DNA of 64,000 nt from Octopus sinensis (GCF_006345805.1 NC_043001.1:38440001-38504000), one strand, 5' to 3'; shown: positions 39,172 through 53,030, counted from the first letter of the stretch. A program made the numbers and translations. Notes: generated from the letters alone by a model not told the origin.

Positions 39172-40648
39172 GCGACTGCAATAGCACTTACTGATTAATT
39201 TAGTGGGATTTATGTCCCTACCGGTAACCTACCGACGCGCATTGAAACTTTATCAAAATTCGTTGGCACACACACTAAAAAAACACTGTCCCTATTCACC
39301 CCGTCTTTTGGGGGTGAATAGGGACAGTTATATACAACACATTATTGGACCTATTCAACTAGCTGTAGGGTCAATACGGACAAATATAAAACTACAGGTA
39401 AAGAAAGTGATACGAAGTGAATAGATTATTGACTACATGTATTACAAGTAAACAGAGTGATATGAAATGAACAGATTATTGGCAGAATTAAAAAGACTAG
39501 ATGTATTACAGGTAAACAAAGTGACACAAAATGAACAGATTATTATTGGCAGAATAAACACGATTTAGGTATTTTCAACATGATATGAGATAAGGTAAGG
39601 CTATGGTTGTAAACTAATCACTGAAACTTTGAAGATCAAACCAGCCCGACTTACTTCAGTTGTATCGGGCACCTTTTGGCCCACCGAATGTCCATGTGTC
39701 GTATATGTTAACTGCCTTGTACACAATGTAAGGAGGGAGAAGTGTACCATCAGTCGCGGCAGCGTACATGACAGAAGTAGATGACTTTTTCCGTCCGGGT
39801 CGTCCGTTAGGTTTGTTTCATCGTAGTTCACAATATTTGTTGCAGGTATACCATCTAAGCTCTCAGCTAAATTGTTGAGTTTATTTTAGGTCGGGAGACG
39901 GCAGCAACTGCTCGTTTGATATTTTGGCATATTCGTTCTCTTAAACTATCTTTATGTCACAGGAGAAATGACTCAGTCCAATCTACACCAGGCATATTCC
40001 CTTCGAATCTTTTCACATCGACACCTCGACGATCCAGGTATCCTTTAACGATCAGTCGCAAATCATAGGAGTCCATCAGATAGCCCCAAGAGGTGCACAG
40101 CACGAGCCTTTGAGCAAGAATTTCCTCTTCACCTGAAAATAAAAGTCTGTCTACCACGTTTCTTGATATTTTCCCCCAACTTGATGTGCCGATTAAGAAC
40201 ACTCTTAGGAATTTTGAAGTCCTCTTCTGCTTTTCTGAGTGTCGTTCCGTTGGCGACCTCTAGTCGCTCAGGATCTATTTTGGCGTATTTTTCTTTCCAG
40301 GAACTGGTTTGTACTGTCGCAGCATGGTATTCATCACTACAAAACACCAAAATAGGGGTGAAAGCAGAAATAGGCGGTGGTAAGGATACCAATGGATTTT
40401 CCGGGAAATCAGTCACGTGCACTGGGTGTTTGGAAACCTGCTGCAAGAAACTGAGCGGGTTGGAGCACCCTCGCTGGTACAACCTCTCCTACACAAAAGG
40501 AAGTTCCGAAAGGCATATATATGTACCTACGAAATAACTAGAAAGAAACGAGAACAATTTGAGTCATCTCAACTTTATTGTTCTAAAATATTTTTTCTCG
40601 GTTATTGTCCCTATTCACCCCTTAGTCCCTATTCTCCCCGGATTACGG
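39172..40648 (-). mobile_element. pogo-type transposon, longer copy with part of the DDE domain
   Basis: NYDETNLTDDP..LLPPYIVYKA..TWTFGGPKGARYN..SGWFD-like; TIR followed by TA at 40649-50. Confidence 0.85.
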
Positions 40649-41575
40649 TAGTTAGTGTAGTAGATTTTGTAACTTAGGACATATTCAAGAGAGAAAGAAA
40701 GCTACCATAAAAGGTAGCGGTCCCAAGCGCTGATGCACACAAATTTTCTTTTATTTTCTTCATTTCTATAATTTATTCTTTACGTATCATTTACAAGTTT
40801 TACTGTAAGCAATATTACCAGCAATTGTTTTTGAAGACAAGTATGCACTTTCCATACATACTAATCCAAGTGAACTTTGTTTAATCCACACGATTAACAC
40901 GTGAACTAGGTATGTGAATACATAATAGATAGATCTTTGCAAACTAGGAAGCTGAGCACAAAGATATTGCGATCCGGGTACATCTTAAGGGGACGAGCTG
41001 GCAGAAAACGTTAGCACGCCGGGTGAAATGCATAGCAGTATTTCGTCTGTCTTTATGTTCTGAGTTCAAATCTCTCCGAGGTCGACTTTGCCTTTCATCC
41101 CTTCGGGGTCGATAAATTAAGTACCAGTTGCATACTGGAACCGATCTAATCGACTGGCTCCATCCCCTTGTGCCTTGTGCCAAGAGTAGAAAAATCCGAG
41201 TACAACTTCCTTGAATTACTTCCCTTAGATCGTCATTCTTTTCGTTTGCATTTTCATTGCCGTTGGAGTGATCTCTCTTCGTCTACGTAATAATATGCGA
41301 ATAACGGAAGACCGACTGTTTGTTTTCCTTTGAGTTTTATTTAAGTTTATCTCAAGGAAGTTGAAGCCGGTCGCTAACAGAACAAAAAGAATTTTGATTG
41401 AAAAGAATTCCCAGTATTAGTAAATATGTGGTTGAAAGCATGTGTCGGTTAAACTCTCGATAGAGACACTGAAGTGTGTATATCTGTTCACGTAAATAAT
41501 CTCAGATGGAGAATCTTTGGAATGTCTTATAAATCTTTACTGTACAGCTCATAGATTAAATTTAGAGAATCCATG

Positions 41576-42121
41576 TGTAAGAGTTAGCACTTCCTTCTCT
41601 AAGCCTAGATTCGAAATCGAATCCAAGAATCATCGGTCGTCAAAAACCAATGCATATATAGGCGCGAAATTTAAAGATCTCTTCGTTGTCAAAAAGTGAT
41701 TGATCATCTCCCTTTGACCTGCGACCTCAGCCATGTCGGGCGAAGTTCAACTGGACAAGCGCTGACCTACTTAAGTAGTAACTCTGTTGCAGTATGTCTA
41801 TCTTTCTAGCTGTTTCAAATATTATAAATACAAGGGAAAAACAGAGAAAGAAACACAATCGCAGCTGACACACCAGCAGACAGATGTATCTCGCCCCGCG
41901 TTTTGGAGACGACAGAGAAATGCCTACAGGCTACTGTTTCGAATGATTCACGCACACACCCACACACAAACATATTCATCTTTAATATGTGCTCTATACA
42001 AGCAATGCGTAGCATTTGCTTACATTTGTATGTAGTGTATTTATAATACATGTAAATAAATCCCTTTTTAATCATGAAACAATTTATGTATTTATTTATA
42101 CACACACACACATCCAGTACA
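41576..42121 (+). repeat. 5' LTR
   Basis: Direct repeat of 46869-47416, with about 10 substitutions and a few indels by eye. Confidence 0.96.
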
Positions 42122-42241
42122 TTTGGTGACCCCATCAAACGAATTGCGCCTTCCCCGGAACCAGCTTCATCAACCGCGTCGAAGAATTACAGCTTGCACA
42201 TCACCCCGGCAACGAAACACCTGAGAATTCCGACGAACACA

Positions 42242-43125
42242 ATGGCCCTCCCGGAACAGAATCCAGCGGCCAAAATCATACCTCCGATCGACATGGCATT
42301 CCAAGCGGCGATTTCTTTGAAAATTCCACCATTCTGGACCCACGACCCTGCATTATGGTTTTACCATATAGAGGCACAGTTTTCCTCTCACAGAATACTG
42401 AGCGATGCGTCTCGACTTTCGCATGTTATCGGTTCTCTGTCGCCAGAAATAACAAACGTTGTCCGTGATCTTATCATGGCACCACCCGGTTCTGTGTCGT
42501 ACGACACTTTTAAAACCACGCTGATAAACAGAACCTCCGAATCGCAACAGAAACGACTTCGCCAGCTTCTGATATCGGAAGAATTGGGTGACAAAACGCC
42601 GTCCTAGCTTCTTCGTAGAATGAAGCAGCTTCTCGGAGATGAGAGCCTCCCAGAAAAAAATTTTCAAGCAGCTTTTTCTCCAGCGTCTGCCCTCCAATAC
42701 CCAGGTTGTTCTCGCTTCTACCAGAGAAAATACATCCATTGAAGAACTGGCGGAGCTAGCTGACAAAATAGCCGAAGTACTGCACAAATATCCAACGGTA
42801 TCAACGGTGACGCCAGCCGCTCCCAGTACCAATCCTTTCCGTGCACAAACCAGTTCTTCCGAGATTTCGGACTTGCGTGCATTAATGACGCAGCAAGCTG
42901 CTCAAATAAAGATCCTCACAACCCAAATACAGGCCCTAAAGCTTAGTCCCCAGCGTCGAAGCACCAGCCGATCGCGACGAGATGGCAGACGGTCTCGAGG
43001 TCCCAGTGTTACCCGCAACTCACACGTGTTGGTACCACCGAACATTCGGAACACAGGCACAAAAATGTACGGTACCGTGCTCATTTTCCTCACCCAGTTC
43101 GGGAAACGGCACAGCCAGGAATTGA
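42242..43125 (+). pseudogene. gag: Gypsy gag (stop at 42605 and frameshifts)
   Basis: IPPFWTHDPALWF..IEAQF; CHCC motif CWYHRTFGTQAQKCTVPC at 43027-43080; slippery site G GGA AAC at 43101-07. Confidence 0.9.
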
Positions 43126-46100
43126 ACGCGACGGAAGTTCCTGGCTCGCACCCACACAGTCGCCTGTTTTTCGTTTGCGATCGGGTAACAGGCACGCGTT
43201 TCCTGGTTGACACCGGTGCGGAAGTCAGCATCATCCCTGTCTCCAACACTTCTGGAAAAAGAAAAGAGACATCAGTCTGTCTTCAGGCAGTCAACCATTC
43301 ACCCATCCCAACCTACGGTGAACAGTCCCTATCACTGAACGTAGGACTACGCCGCACTTTTCAGTGGGTATTCGTCGTCGCTAAACTGCCGACCCCTATC
43401 TTAGGAGCCGATTTCCTGCATCATTTCGGTCTCCTGGTAGACATAAAGAACAGACGACTTGTCGACAGCACCACCAAGCTTACTGTGCGCGGTATAGCCG
43501 CTCGTATGGCTACAGTCAGCCCAACTGTATTGCTTACAACAACGACTCGTCACAGTTCCATCCTGAAGGAATATCCGGACGTCGCTCGACCAGTATTCCA
43601 CAACCAGCCGATTAAACACGACGTTACCCACCACATCAAAACCAGCGGTCCACCTGTTGCTGCAAGGTCCAGAAGGTTACCACCTGATCGTCTCCAGGCC
43701 GTCAAGCGGGAATTCCAGCACATGCTCGACCTCGGAATCATCCGCCTTTCCAGCAGCAACTGGCCCTCGCCGATACACTGCGTCCCAAAAAAATCATCGA
43801 CCGATTGGCGGGTTTGCGGCGATTATCGATCGCTGAATAAAAACACTATCAGTGATGCCTATCCGGTGCCTTTTCTTCAAGACTTTTTGAGCTCGCTGCA
43901 TGGAGCTCGCATCTTTTCAAAATCGACCTGGTGCGAGCATACAACCAAATCCCAGTGGAACCTGCGGACATCTCAAAGACAGCAGTTACTACACCTTTCG
44001 GAATGTTTGAATTCCTGCGTATGCCTTTCGGTTTACGCAACGCGGCACAGACATTCCAAAGGTTTATCGACATGGTGACTAGAGGTTTGCCTTTCGTCTA
44101 TGCCTACATAGACGACATACTCGTGGCCAGTAACTCGGACGAAGAACATAACCAACACCTTCACCTACTATTCGAACGCCTCCGTCAATTTGGTGTTGTT
44201 ATCAACCCTACTAAATGTTTGTTCGGAGTTGCTTCCCTTCATTTTCTCGAGCACATCGTCGATAAGGATGGAATTCGTCCCCTTCCCGAGAAAGTCAAGG
44301 CCATCGTGGATTTTCCACCACCTACATCTGTCCGCAAATTAAAGGAATATCTCGGTCTAGCGAATTTCTATCGACGGTTCGTACCCCATCTCGCTGAGAT
44401 AGCGCAACCGCTCACGGATTTGCTACGTCAGCGAACTTGCAAAAATGCAGATATAGCTCTGACCGAAGATCAACTCGCTTCTTTCGCTGCCCTGAAAAAA
44501 GCGTTATCCAACGCTACCATGTTGATTTATCCAAAACCAGACGCCCCACGATGTTTACTCGTTAATGCATCCGATTCCGGAGTTGGAGGTGTACTACAGC
44601 AGCTTGTTGACGGTATATGGCAACCGTTGTCTTTCTTTTCTAAGCGGTTAAAACCCGCGGAAACCAAATACAGCACATTCAGTCGGGAATTATTAGCGGC
44701 ATACCTGGCCGTTAAGCATTTCCGTCACATGCTAGAAGGTACCAGTTTTGCCATATACACCGACCATTAGTATATAGCCATTAGTATATGCATTTAACAC
44801 CAAGCCGGATCGCCACTCGCCGAGAGAAATCCGCCACCTCGACTTCATATCGCAGTACACGACGGACATACGCCACATCAAAGGGACGACCAACTTAGCA
44901 GCCGATGCACTTTCACGCACGCAGATCAATGCTATCCACACCACTTCTACAATTAATCTGGCACGTATAGCAGCTGACCAGGAGAATGACGAAGAACTTC
45001 TAAAGCTCCGGAATTCGTCATCTCTGAAATTTCAGCATGTTCCGCTACCATCATCCACAGCCAATATTTGGTGTGATATCTCCACTCGTTACCAACGCCC
45101 TTATGTACCACAGAAACATCGTCGAGAAGTTTTCTCCGCTCTGCATTCTCTGTCACATCCTGGTATTCGCTCCACTCAAAAGCTGATATCGACCCGTTTT
45201 GTGTGGACCAGTATCAACAAGGATATCAGAGAATGGACCAAGTGTTGTGTTGCGTGCCAAAAAGCGAAAATCCACCGGCACATAAAATCACCAATCGGTT
45301 CATTTTCGCAACCCGACGCACGATTTCAGCACGTTCACATTGATATCGTCGGACCCCTGCCACCTTCGCAGAACTATTCATATTTGCTTACCTGCGTAGA
45401 TCGTTTTTCGCGATGGCCCGAAGCCTGGCCCTTATCTGATATATCAGCAGAAACGGTCGCCAAAACGCTGATATCACAATGGGTTTCGCATTTTGGCACA
45501 CCCGCAACAATCACCACCGACAGAGGACGTCAGTTCGATTCCCACCTTTTCACCGAGCTGACTCGTCTCCTCGGGTGTAAACACACCCGCACTACGGCTT
45601 ACCACCCTGCAGCAAATGGCATGGTCGAACGCTTTCACCGCCAACTCAAAGTATCTATCAAAGCAGCTCCAGACAGTTCTCACTGGTTGGAACATCTCCC
45701 TCTCATCCTCCTTGGAATTCGATCCACGGTTAAGGAAGAACTGGGATATACTCCGGCTGAACTCGTTTATGGCACAGCACTCACCTTACCTGGGCAGATG
45801 ATCGAAACTGTTTCACAAGACTTTCCTGACCCACAACAATATGTGCACCGATTACGGGCATCCATGTCGCAGTTATCACCTTCAGGCCCCAGACTACGGA
45901 ACGTCGTTTCACGAGTCCCAAAAGATATCAACACTTAGACTCATGTTTTCGTGAGGAATGATGGGATACCATCTCAACTTCGGCCACCATATTCCGGCCC
46001 TACAAGGTTATCAAAAGAGAACCCAAGTATCTCGTCCTCGATATTGGAGGCAAACGAAATACAGTCTCGATTGATCGTTTAAAAAAAGCCTTCATCGAGG

Positions 46101-46240
46101 AGGACTTACATCCAGTTCCCTCCTTTCCTCGAAAAGACTCAACAACTCCAGCAAACACCACAGATTCTGCACAACCCCGACACACCAAATCAGGAAGAAC
46201 AGTTCGATGGCCAGCAAGGTTTGTGCAAGTTTTTCGGGTA
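43101..46240 (+). pseudogene. pol: Gypsy pol (protease, RT, RNase H, integrase), disrupted
   Basis: FLVDTGA; GDYR; YIDD; RELLA; HPGIR..C..CQ; [20 protein letters not shown]; YSGPY. Confidence 0.95.
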
Positions 46241-46868
46241 GGTTCCGAACTTTTAACTTGTCCATCTTCCTAAATGAACTACATACATCAACACATAACT
46301 CACATAACTGCATCACCCGCATACAAGCCCAGAGAAGTCAAGGAACATTCGTGTACATAAGGAGGAAAAAAATGAAAACAGAAACGTTGTTCCACATCAA
46401 CGAAGAACTATCTGTATGAACATTTACGGAACATTTCACAATCGAACTTTGCCGATGAACATTTCTTTCATTTTTGCATGTACATATTTTTGGTTTTCTC
46501 TTTAAAATGTTTTGCCTTCTTGTAAATATATTTTTGCTAACTGTATGTTCACACACATTTGCAAGTCATATTCTCATGTGTGCTACCACTCGATCTTTTT
46601 CGCCACTGAAAGACACCTTGCCTCTATTAGACCTCTAGTGGGTCGAGTAATCAATAGACGCACATCTCTTTCAACGCGCCAACATATTTCTGCCTGGGCA
46701 CATATACATATTGCCCACCATATAGCACATACAAACAGTAAACCTTTGATTCATATTTTTATTGTTCATTTGTCTGTTACAATGTGTAAAATTTTTCTGC
46801 ATACACACAAAAAATAACATTTCCAATATCGTTCGATCTCTGTGGCTTTCTCACTAGAAGGGGGGTAG

Positions 46869-47416
46869 TGTAAGAGTTAGCACTTCCTTCTTTAAGCCTA
46901 GATTCGAAATCGAATCCAAGAATCATCGGTCGTCAAAAACCAATGCATGTATAGGCGCGAAATTTAAAGATCTCTTTGTTCTGTCAAAAAGTGATTGATC
47001 ATCTCCCTTTGACCTGCGACCTCAGCCATGTCGGGCGAAGTTCAACTGGACAAGCGCTGACCTACTTAAGTAGTAACTCTGTTGCAGTATGTCTATCTTT
47101 CTAGCTGTTTCAAATATTATAAATACAAGGGAAAAACAGAGAAAGAAACACAATCGCAGCTGACACACCAGCAGACAGATGTATCTCGCCCCGCGTTTTG
47201 GAGACGACAGAGAAATGCCTACAGGCTACTGTTTCGAATGATTCATGCACACACCCACACACACAAACATATTCATCTTTAATATGTGCTCTATACAAGC
47301 AATGTGTAGCATTTGCTTACATTTGTATGTAGTGTATTTATAATCCATGTAAATAAATTCCTTTTTAATCATGAAACAATTTATGTATTTATTTATACAT
47401 ACACACATTCACTACA
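46869..47416 (+). repeat. 3' LTR
   Basis: Follows the PPT and ends ACTACA before the CATG TSD. Confidence 0.96.
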
Positions 47417-47420
47417 CATG

Positions 47421-48740
47421 TCACTTTCCTTTGCTCATTCCGAAAAAAAGAAACTTAGTATTTTTAGGTTTTTGTGTAAATTTGCAGGTACATAACCTAA
47501 TGCACCTATGGTAACAGGTATAAACGGAAATTCATAGTGTACAAGAGCTGTAAGTTCTGCTTTAATACACCATAAATGTTAACTTTTCCCCGAACTTTTG
47601 ATCTAAATTTACGTCTGCTGGGTAAGTTATCTCTACAGCAGGACATGACATTTGTTCCCTGTCACACTAGGTCTATTATGTCTGCACCGAACTGCAGTTT
47701 CTATTGGAGCTTTCCACCAGTATTCTTTGTTTTTAAAGGCGTGAATACATACTGGTTCTGACATGCCTTTGATGTATATGTCGGACAATCCTTCCTAGAG
47801 GTAGCATTGTAAATAGTCTTTGCCACTATATCATACCTCAAAGGTAGGTAATATTTCGTAGATATTTTGGGGTAGCTGCTGCTGATATAGGTAAAATTTT
47901 CAACACTCGTATAGCAAAGCCAACATTTTCTCTCAGGACACAGAAATTTGGTGGTATTTTTGTCTCTCTTTTTAGCAGGTTCCTCAATAGCTAATGCATA
48001 CCCTTCCAGGTGGTATGTAATATATCAAATCACAGGTCCAAGAGAGGTCACTGTTAATGTTATTGCTGTTATCCTCTAGTTTTATGTACTCATGCATTGG
48101 TTTTGCTAGTATGATGCCTACTTCACCTCCAAGCTTCTGTTTAGATAGTCAGTCCAATCTTTGGGTTGCATGAGACAGTAATATTCTCAGAGTAGCTGCA
48201 CAGTTTCTCTCCAGCACTGAAGATTCTTTAACTTTTGAGTATGCATGGAGTGTATCCATTTCTTTCTTTACCATTCAGCAGATGTTGTCTGTGACATTCA
48301 AAGGCTGTTTGTACTGACATTATCCATCTACCAACATTTTTTGTCCCACATAGATCCTATGTGTGTCACTGCTACTGAGGAAGTTAACAGTGATGGTCAG
48401 TACCTTTCTAGTTTAGATGTCCTGGTTGCAGATCTTGTAAAGTTTCCGGTTCAGTATCTCAAATGTTAGTATTAACACTATCACTGTATAGGCATGGTGA
48501 GATATGATCTTGCTAAATGCAGACAGCTCTCAGTTCCATATTTTCTGAAGCCTGCCAAAGTACTCTTTTGTTATTCCGTATGCAATGTGTGCAACATTCT
48601 CATGGATTTCAAGATGCTTGCAGTTTTCATCGTTAGAGTTAGGGGAGATAGAATGTACATGTTCACTGTCTGGCTGCCATAAGGGCATGTATCTTCTATG
48701 TATCCACCCATAGAAAATCTCAAGGAATTCCATCTAGTCC
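47421..48740 (-). mobile_element. R4/Dong LINE part of arm B (continues at ~41270-41575)
   Basis: Mirror of 24804-26330. Confidence 0.8.
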
Positions 48741-48887
48741 ATAAAGCCAAGAAACTTGGAAAAAGTGCCTTGAAAATGATAATCATACACACAAATATGC
48801 ACATGCACTCACAGATACATGCATGCATGCATGCTTTCATACATGCATACATGCATGCAAGCATACATACATACATGCATATATACA

Positions 48888-48918
<31 letters not shown>

Positions 48919-49129
48919 GATATGCTGAAAATATGTCACTCTCAACCATCATTTTAGTCAATTTTGTGTAAGCAAACAAGTATATTCCTTACATATTTAT
49001 TTTATTACAATAAACTTGTGAAGTTTAATGATGTTTTTTTTTTTATAATTAAGCCCTTAAATACCAAGGATATATTATATGATGTTTATACATCAACTCT
49101 GTATAAAGATGTATAAACATCTATGAACT

Positions 49130-49438
49130 GTGCAGCACTTTGCATATGTGTCTTCCATTGTAATCCGAGATCAACCGATGATTAGTGAATAAATTTGATT
49201 GACGAAAACTGGCTGGAATCCTGTTGCATGTGTGTGTGTGTGTGTTCATGTTTATGTTTGTCCGTCCTCACACTGCTTGATCACCAGAGTTGGTTTGCCT
49301 ACATTCTCAGTTTGGTAAAAAAAAGATTGCTAGAACAAGTATCTGACAAGACATAACTACTGGGGTAATTTGTTCAACCAGACCCCTCAAAATGGTGCCT
49401 TATCATGGCTCCAGTTCAATGACTGTGACAAGTAAAAA

Positions 49439-49440
<2 letters not shown>
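49130..49440 (+). mobile_element. Decayed SINE family C
   Basis: Block order matches 23112-23519. Confidence 0.55.
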
Positions 49441-49489
<49 letters not shown>

Positions 49490-49979
49490 TAAAATAGGAC
49501 AAGAACGCAAAACATTCAAATAGACAATACGAAAACGGATGGGTCATTCGAAGCCTCTAATCTTCAGTTAAGAACCGGATCATCCTCGCAAATTCGTATT
49601 ACTTTTTGTTTTTTGTACTTATTTTCGTGTAACATCGTCCATTTTTCTGTCCTTGTTCCGTATACATTCGATCCTTTTTCTAAGAAATCTAATGCTTGTA
49701 GCTTAGTTTTTCCTTGGGGCTGGCCAGATCGGAGCAATCTCAAGATTAATCAGCTGAAATTGCAAGGATGATCCGGTTTTGAATGTTTTATATATTTTTT
49801 ATACATATATTTTTGCGGAGTACAAACTTTCCTCTTTTATATATATATATATAGATATAAATATATAAGTCTATATGTATATATATATATATGTGTGTGT
49901 GTGTGCATGTGTGGAGGTGCAATGGCCCGCTGGTTAGGGCAGCAGACTCGGAGTCGTCGGAGTCCCTGTTTTCATACCC

Positions 49980-50210
49980 TTAATTGCTTTATCTACCAAA
50001 GTACTGTCAGTTTCAATAACTGGTCCATCTTTTGGATTGGCATTTGGCAGACTCTTTTTCTCCCTTTCATAGTGGCTTCTCCACTCTCTCTCTTTGCAGC
50101 ATTATTGAATACAAGTGAGCCACCATCCATGCAGACACCTTTGTCTCCTATGACATCACGATTCTCTCTCACACACTGTCTTACAATATGAAATACCTCA
50201 AGTCCTAGGT
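49980..50210 (-). mobile_element. RTE fragment
   Basis: Reverse complement of the segment seen at 10490-10700. Confidence 0.8.
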
Positions 50211-50240
50211 CCTCATGATGCAGAATATTGGCAAATTTTT

Positions 50241-50313
<73 letters not shown>

Positions 50314-50389
50314 TATATATACACATATACATATATACACATATACATACATGAGTATCTTTATATACATACGTATATACTAGGTGGCA

Positions 50390-51780
50390 TACGCGGTAAT
50401 ACCAGGGGTTACAGATGTTCTATTGAAACGCCTTATTACTCTGATATAAGAAAGCACTTTCGTTATAACTGCCACAAAAGGTATACTTTCCACCATGAAA
50501 ATGTACAAAAAACTCAGCTGGATGGGGGAGAGATTTTATGTATACAAACATATGAATGAAGTGTTTGAAGAAAGTGCAATGATAATGTTCACAATCACCA
50601 ATGGTTGCTCTCAGTAACTGCCTTTAGCTTACGGAGTTCTCGTTTTTATAACTATTGCAAAACAGCCACAAGGACAGACACACTGTTGAGAACAAATGAT
50701 TTCATTGTTTGTTTGAAGAAAGTGCAATAATAACGTTCACATTCACACATGATTGCTCTTAGTAACTACCTTTAGCTTATGAAGTTCTTGTTTTTATAAG
50801 AAAAGCAACCAGAAGGATAGGTATATTATTGAGAATAAATGATTTCGTTGGAGGTCTGTTATCTCCATTCCAGCCCTTGGTGGCCTAGAAGAGGTTAGAA
50901 GGGTCAAGGCATCTGGGAAATGTATAACTGCTGTCATTCACAGAAAAACTATTGTTTTACCGTGAGAAAAGTGCTTTTGAAGTGTTAAGTGAAATTTGGC
51001 AATCGAGAATTGCCACTACAAATATGTTGTGGAATAAAAAATTTATCTACTCTCCTGGAAAAAGTGTAACTGTAAAAATGCAGAATTATCAAGAGTAATG
51101 GGCATTCAAAAAAGTATGCATGTATAGAAATGCATGAATGAAGTCTTTAAGGTTTAAGATTAAAATTAAGGAAGTGCAATAATAATGTTTAGCAGTTCAA
51201 AATTGTGAGTAGTGAAATGCAGAATTAGGTCGGCTGATTGTGAGAATCAAATATTGATCGCTTTGCTAAAAACTGCAGGTGGTATGGGTTATTTCCCTTG
51301 GGTTGTTTAACTAAAATATTAGTAATATGTAGTAGATAGAAGGATCCTATTATCAATATTTTTCAACAATCTAAGTATGTCACCAGGTTTCCAGAAATGA
51401 GTTCTACTCACGTATGGAATAAAGTATAAAAGTGATATTGTCTGCCAAAATTAGAAGTTGGACACACAAGAACTCAATATTCAAAGTAATTGAACATAAA
51501 CAATAAAATGGGTTATTTTCCTTGAGTGTTTATACAAGACATTGTGCAGGTGCTATGGGTCATTTCCCTTGGGTGTTTCAAAAAATTTAGTTATATAAGG
51601 TAGATATAAAGTTCCCTTCTAGGAGCCGTATTACCAATTTTTTCAACAATCTAAGTATGTCATGAGATTTCCAGACATAAATTCTACTCACTTGTCAAGT
51701 TTCATTAAAATCAATAAAACGATGTAGGAGGAGTTAGCTAACATTGCCACAAACAAACACATACCGATTTTCCATATATG
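50390..51780 (+). mobile_element. Decayed HINE/Helitron-like repeat with internal duplications
   Basis: ~150-bp tandem (50555-50850) and a duplicated block (51285-51410 vs 51555-51690); AAGTTTCAT..AAATC motif. Confidence 0.35.
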
Positions 51781-51782
51781 TA

Positions 51783-51783
<1 letters not shown>

Positions 51784-51840
<57 letters not shown>

Positions 51841-51889
51841 GTATGTATATATATATATACATATATATGTATATATACATATATATGTA

Positions 51890-51984
<95 letters not shown>

Positions 51985-51987
51985 GTG

Positions 51988-52044
<57 letters not shown>

Positions 52045-52048
52045 ATAA
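51784..52048. repeat. (TA)n-rich microsatellite
   Basis: Direct inspection. Confidence 0.97.
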
Positions 52049-52369
52049 GAAATCAAATAGGTTAAGGTTCAATACAGCTGTTTCAGGTGTGTCTTTTATT
52101 GATGAATAAACCAATCACACACAAAAAAAATTGTTCTCAAGTGAATTAAAAATGAAAAATTTGAAGTTTGATTCAGGAAAAATACCAAGATGTTTAAACT
52201 GTGTTAACCCTTCCATTTTGCAACAAGAAGAGATTGAAGTATACTGAGGCATAGCCAGAATACATTTATGCAAGGGTCATAAAACTATCAACAGACAAAC
52301 CCACACGAAATTATTTGTTTAAAGTTTAAACTTAGCTGTTTCTTGAAATACATACCAATACATATATCT

Positions 52370-52498
52370 AAAACAAAGTTTTTCAGGGTCCCTTCAAATA
52401 CTTTTGTGGATCCCCTGTTTACTATTTTGTTGCATGGATCTCCCGAAAATCTTATATGGACACTTAGGGGCTACATGGCCCCTGGTTGAGAAACACTG
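52370..52498. mobile_element. hAT-type MITE end
   Basis: GGTTGAGAAACACTG terminus like the one at 20251. Confidence 0.45.
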
Positions 52499-52529
52499 GT
52501 TTAAACAAATAATTTGGCATGGCTTTATC

Positions 52530-53030
52530 TATTGATGATTTTGTGACTCTTACACATGAAATTTGGCTCTAACTTGGTATACTTCATTCCCTTACTTGTT
52601 ACCACATGTGAAAAAGTACTGCTACACACGCATCCTAGGATTATATCCAGAAGATCTTCCAAATTATTAGCAAAATTCGTTCACCAATTTGCTCTTAACA
52701 ACCTTTTGTTTATAAACATGTCTCTTCTCACTGCTTCTTCTAAAACTACTAGAATAGAATCTCTGCTCCTCTGACATAGCTAGTTACATACCATCCTCTT
52801 TCTAAGCCAACCTTAAAGAGTTGCTCCTCTTCTTGCCACCCATATTGTGTCACATTGCATTAACTATACCCACTCCTTCCTTAGAAAGTCAACACTCTGG
52901 AATTTCTTTCATGCCTGTCTATCTGTATATATTGACATACTGATGTACAAGCTGCATATAAACTCATCAATTTTACTACTTTTGAGAGTCTACACAGGCC
53001 AGGAACACACCCTTTCATCCAACTAAAGCA
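52530..53030 (-). mobile_element. Old RTE 3' fragment
   Basis: Decayed CDTIWV..LRKRM..LEEAVRR-like segment on the minus strand. Confidence 0.45.

Larger units (their letters stand above)
41576..47416 (+). mobile_element. Full-length Ty3/Gypsy LTR retrotransposon, CsRn1-like, pseudogenised
   Basis: TG..CA LTRs, CATG TSD (41572-75, 47417-20), PBS TGGTGACCCC at 42124-33 (tRNA-Trp), PPT at 46856-68, gag-pro-RT-RH-IN order. Confidence 0.97.
38594..48701 (-). repeat. Inverted duplication arm B (contains the Gypsy insertion)
   Basis: See arm A. Confidence 0.95.

Noticed and set aside
42639-44078. 479-aa gag-pol fusion as a functional ORF
   Set aside because: An indel before the CHCC motif shifts gag into the pol frame; stops and frameshifts flank it.
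52070-52090. GAAAC-AGCT-GTA on the minus strand
   Set aside because: Only half a hammerhead; no CUGANGA upstream.
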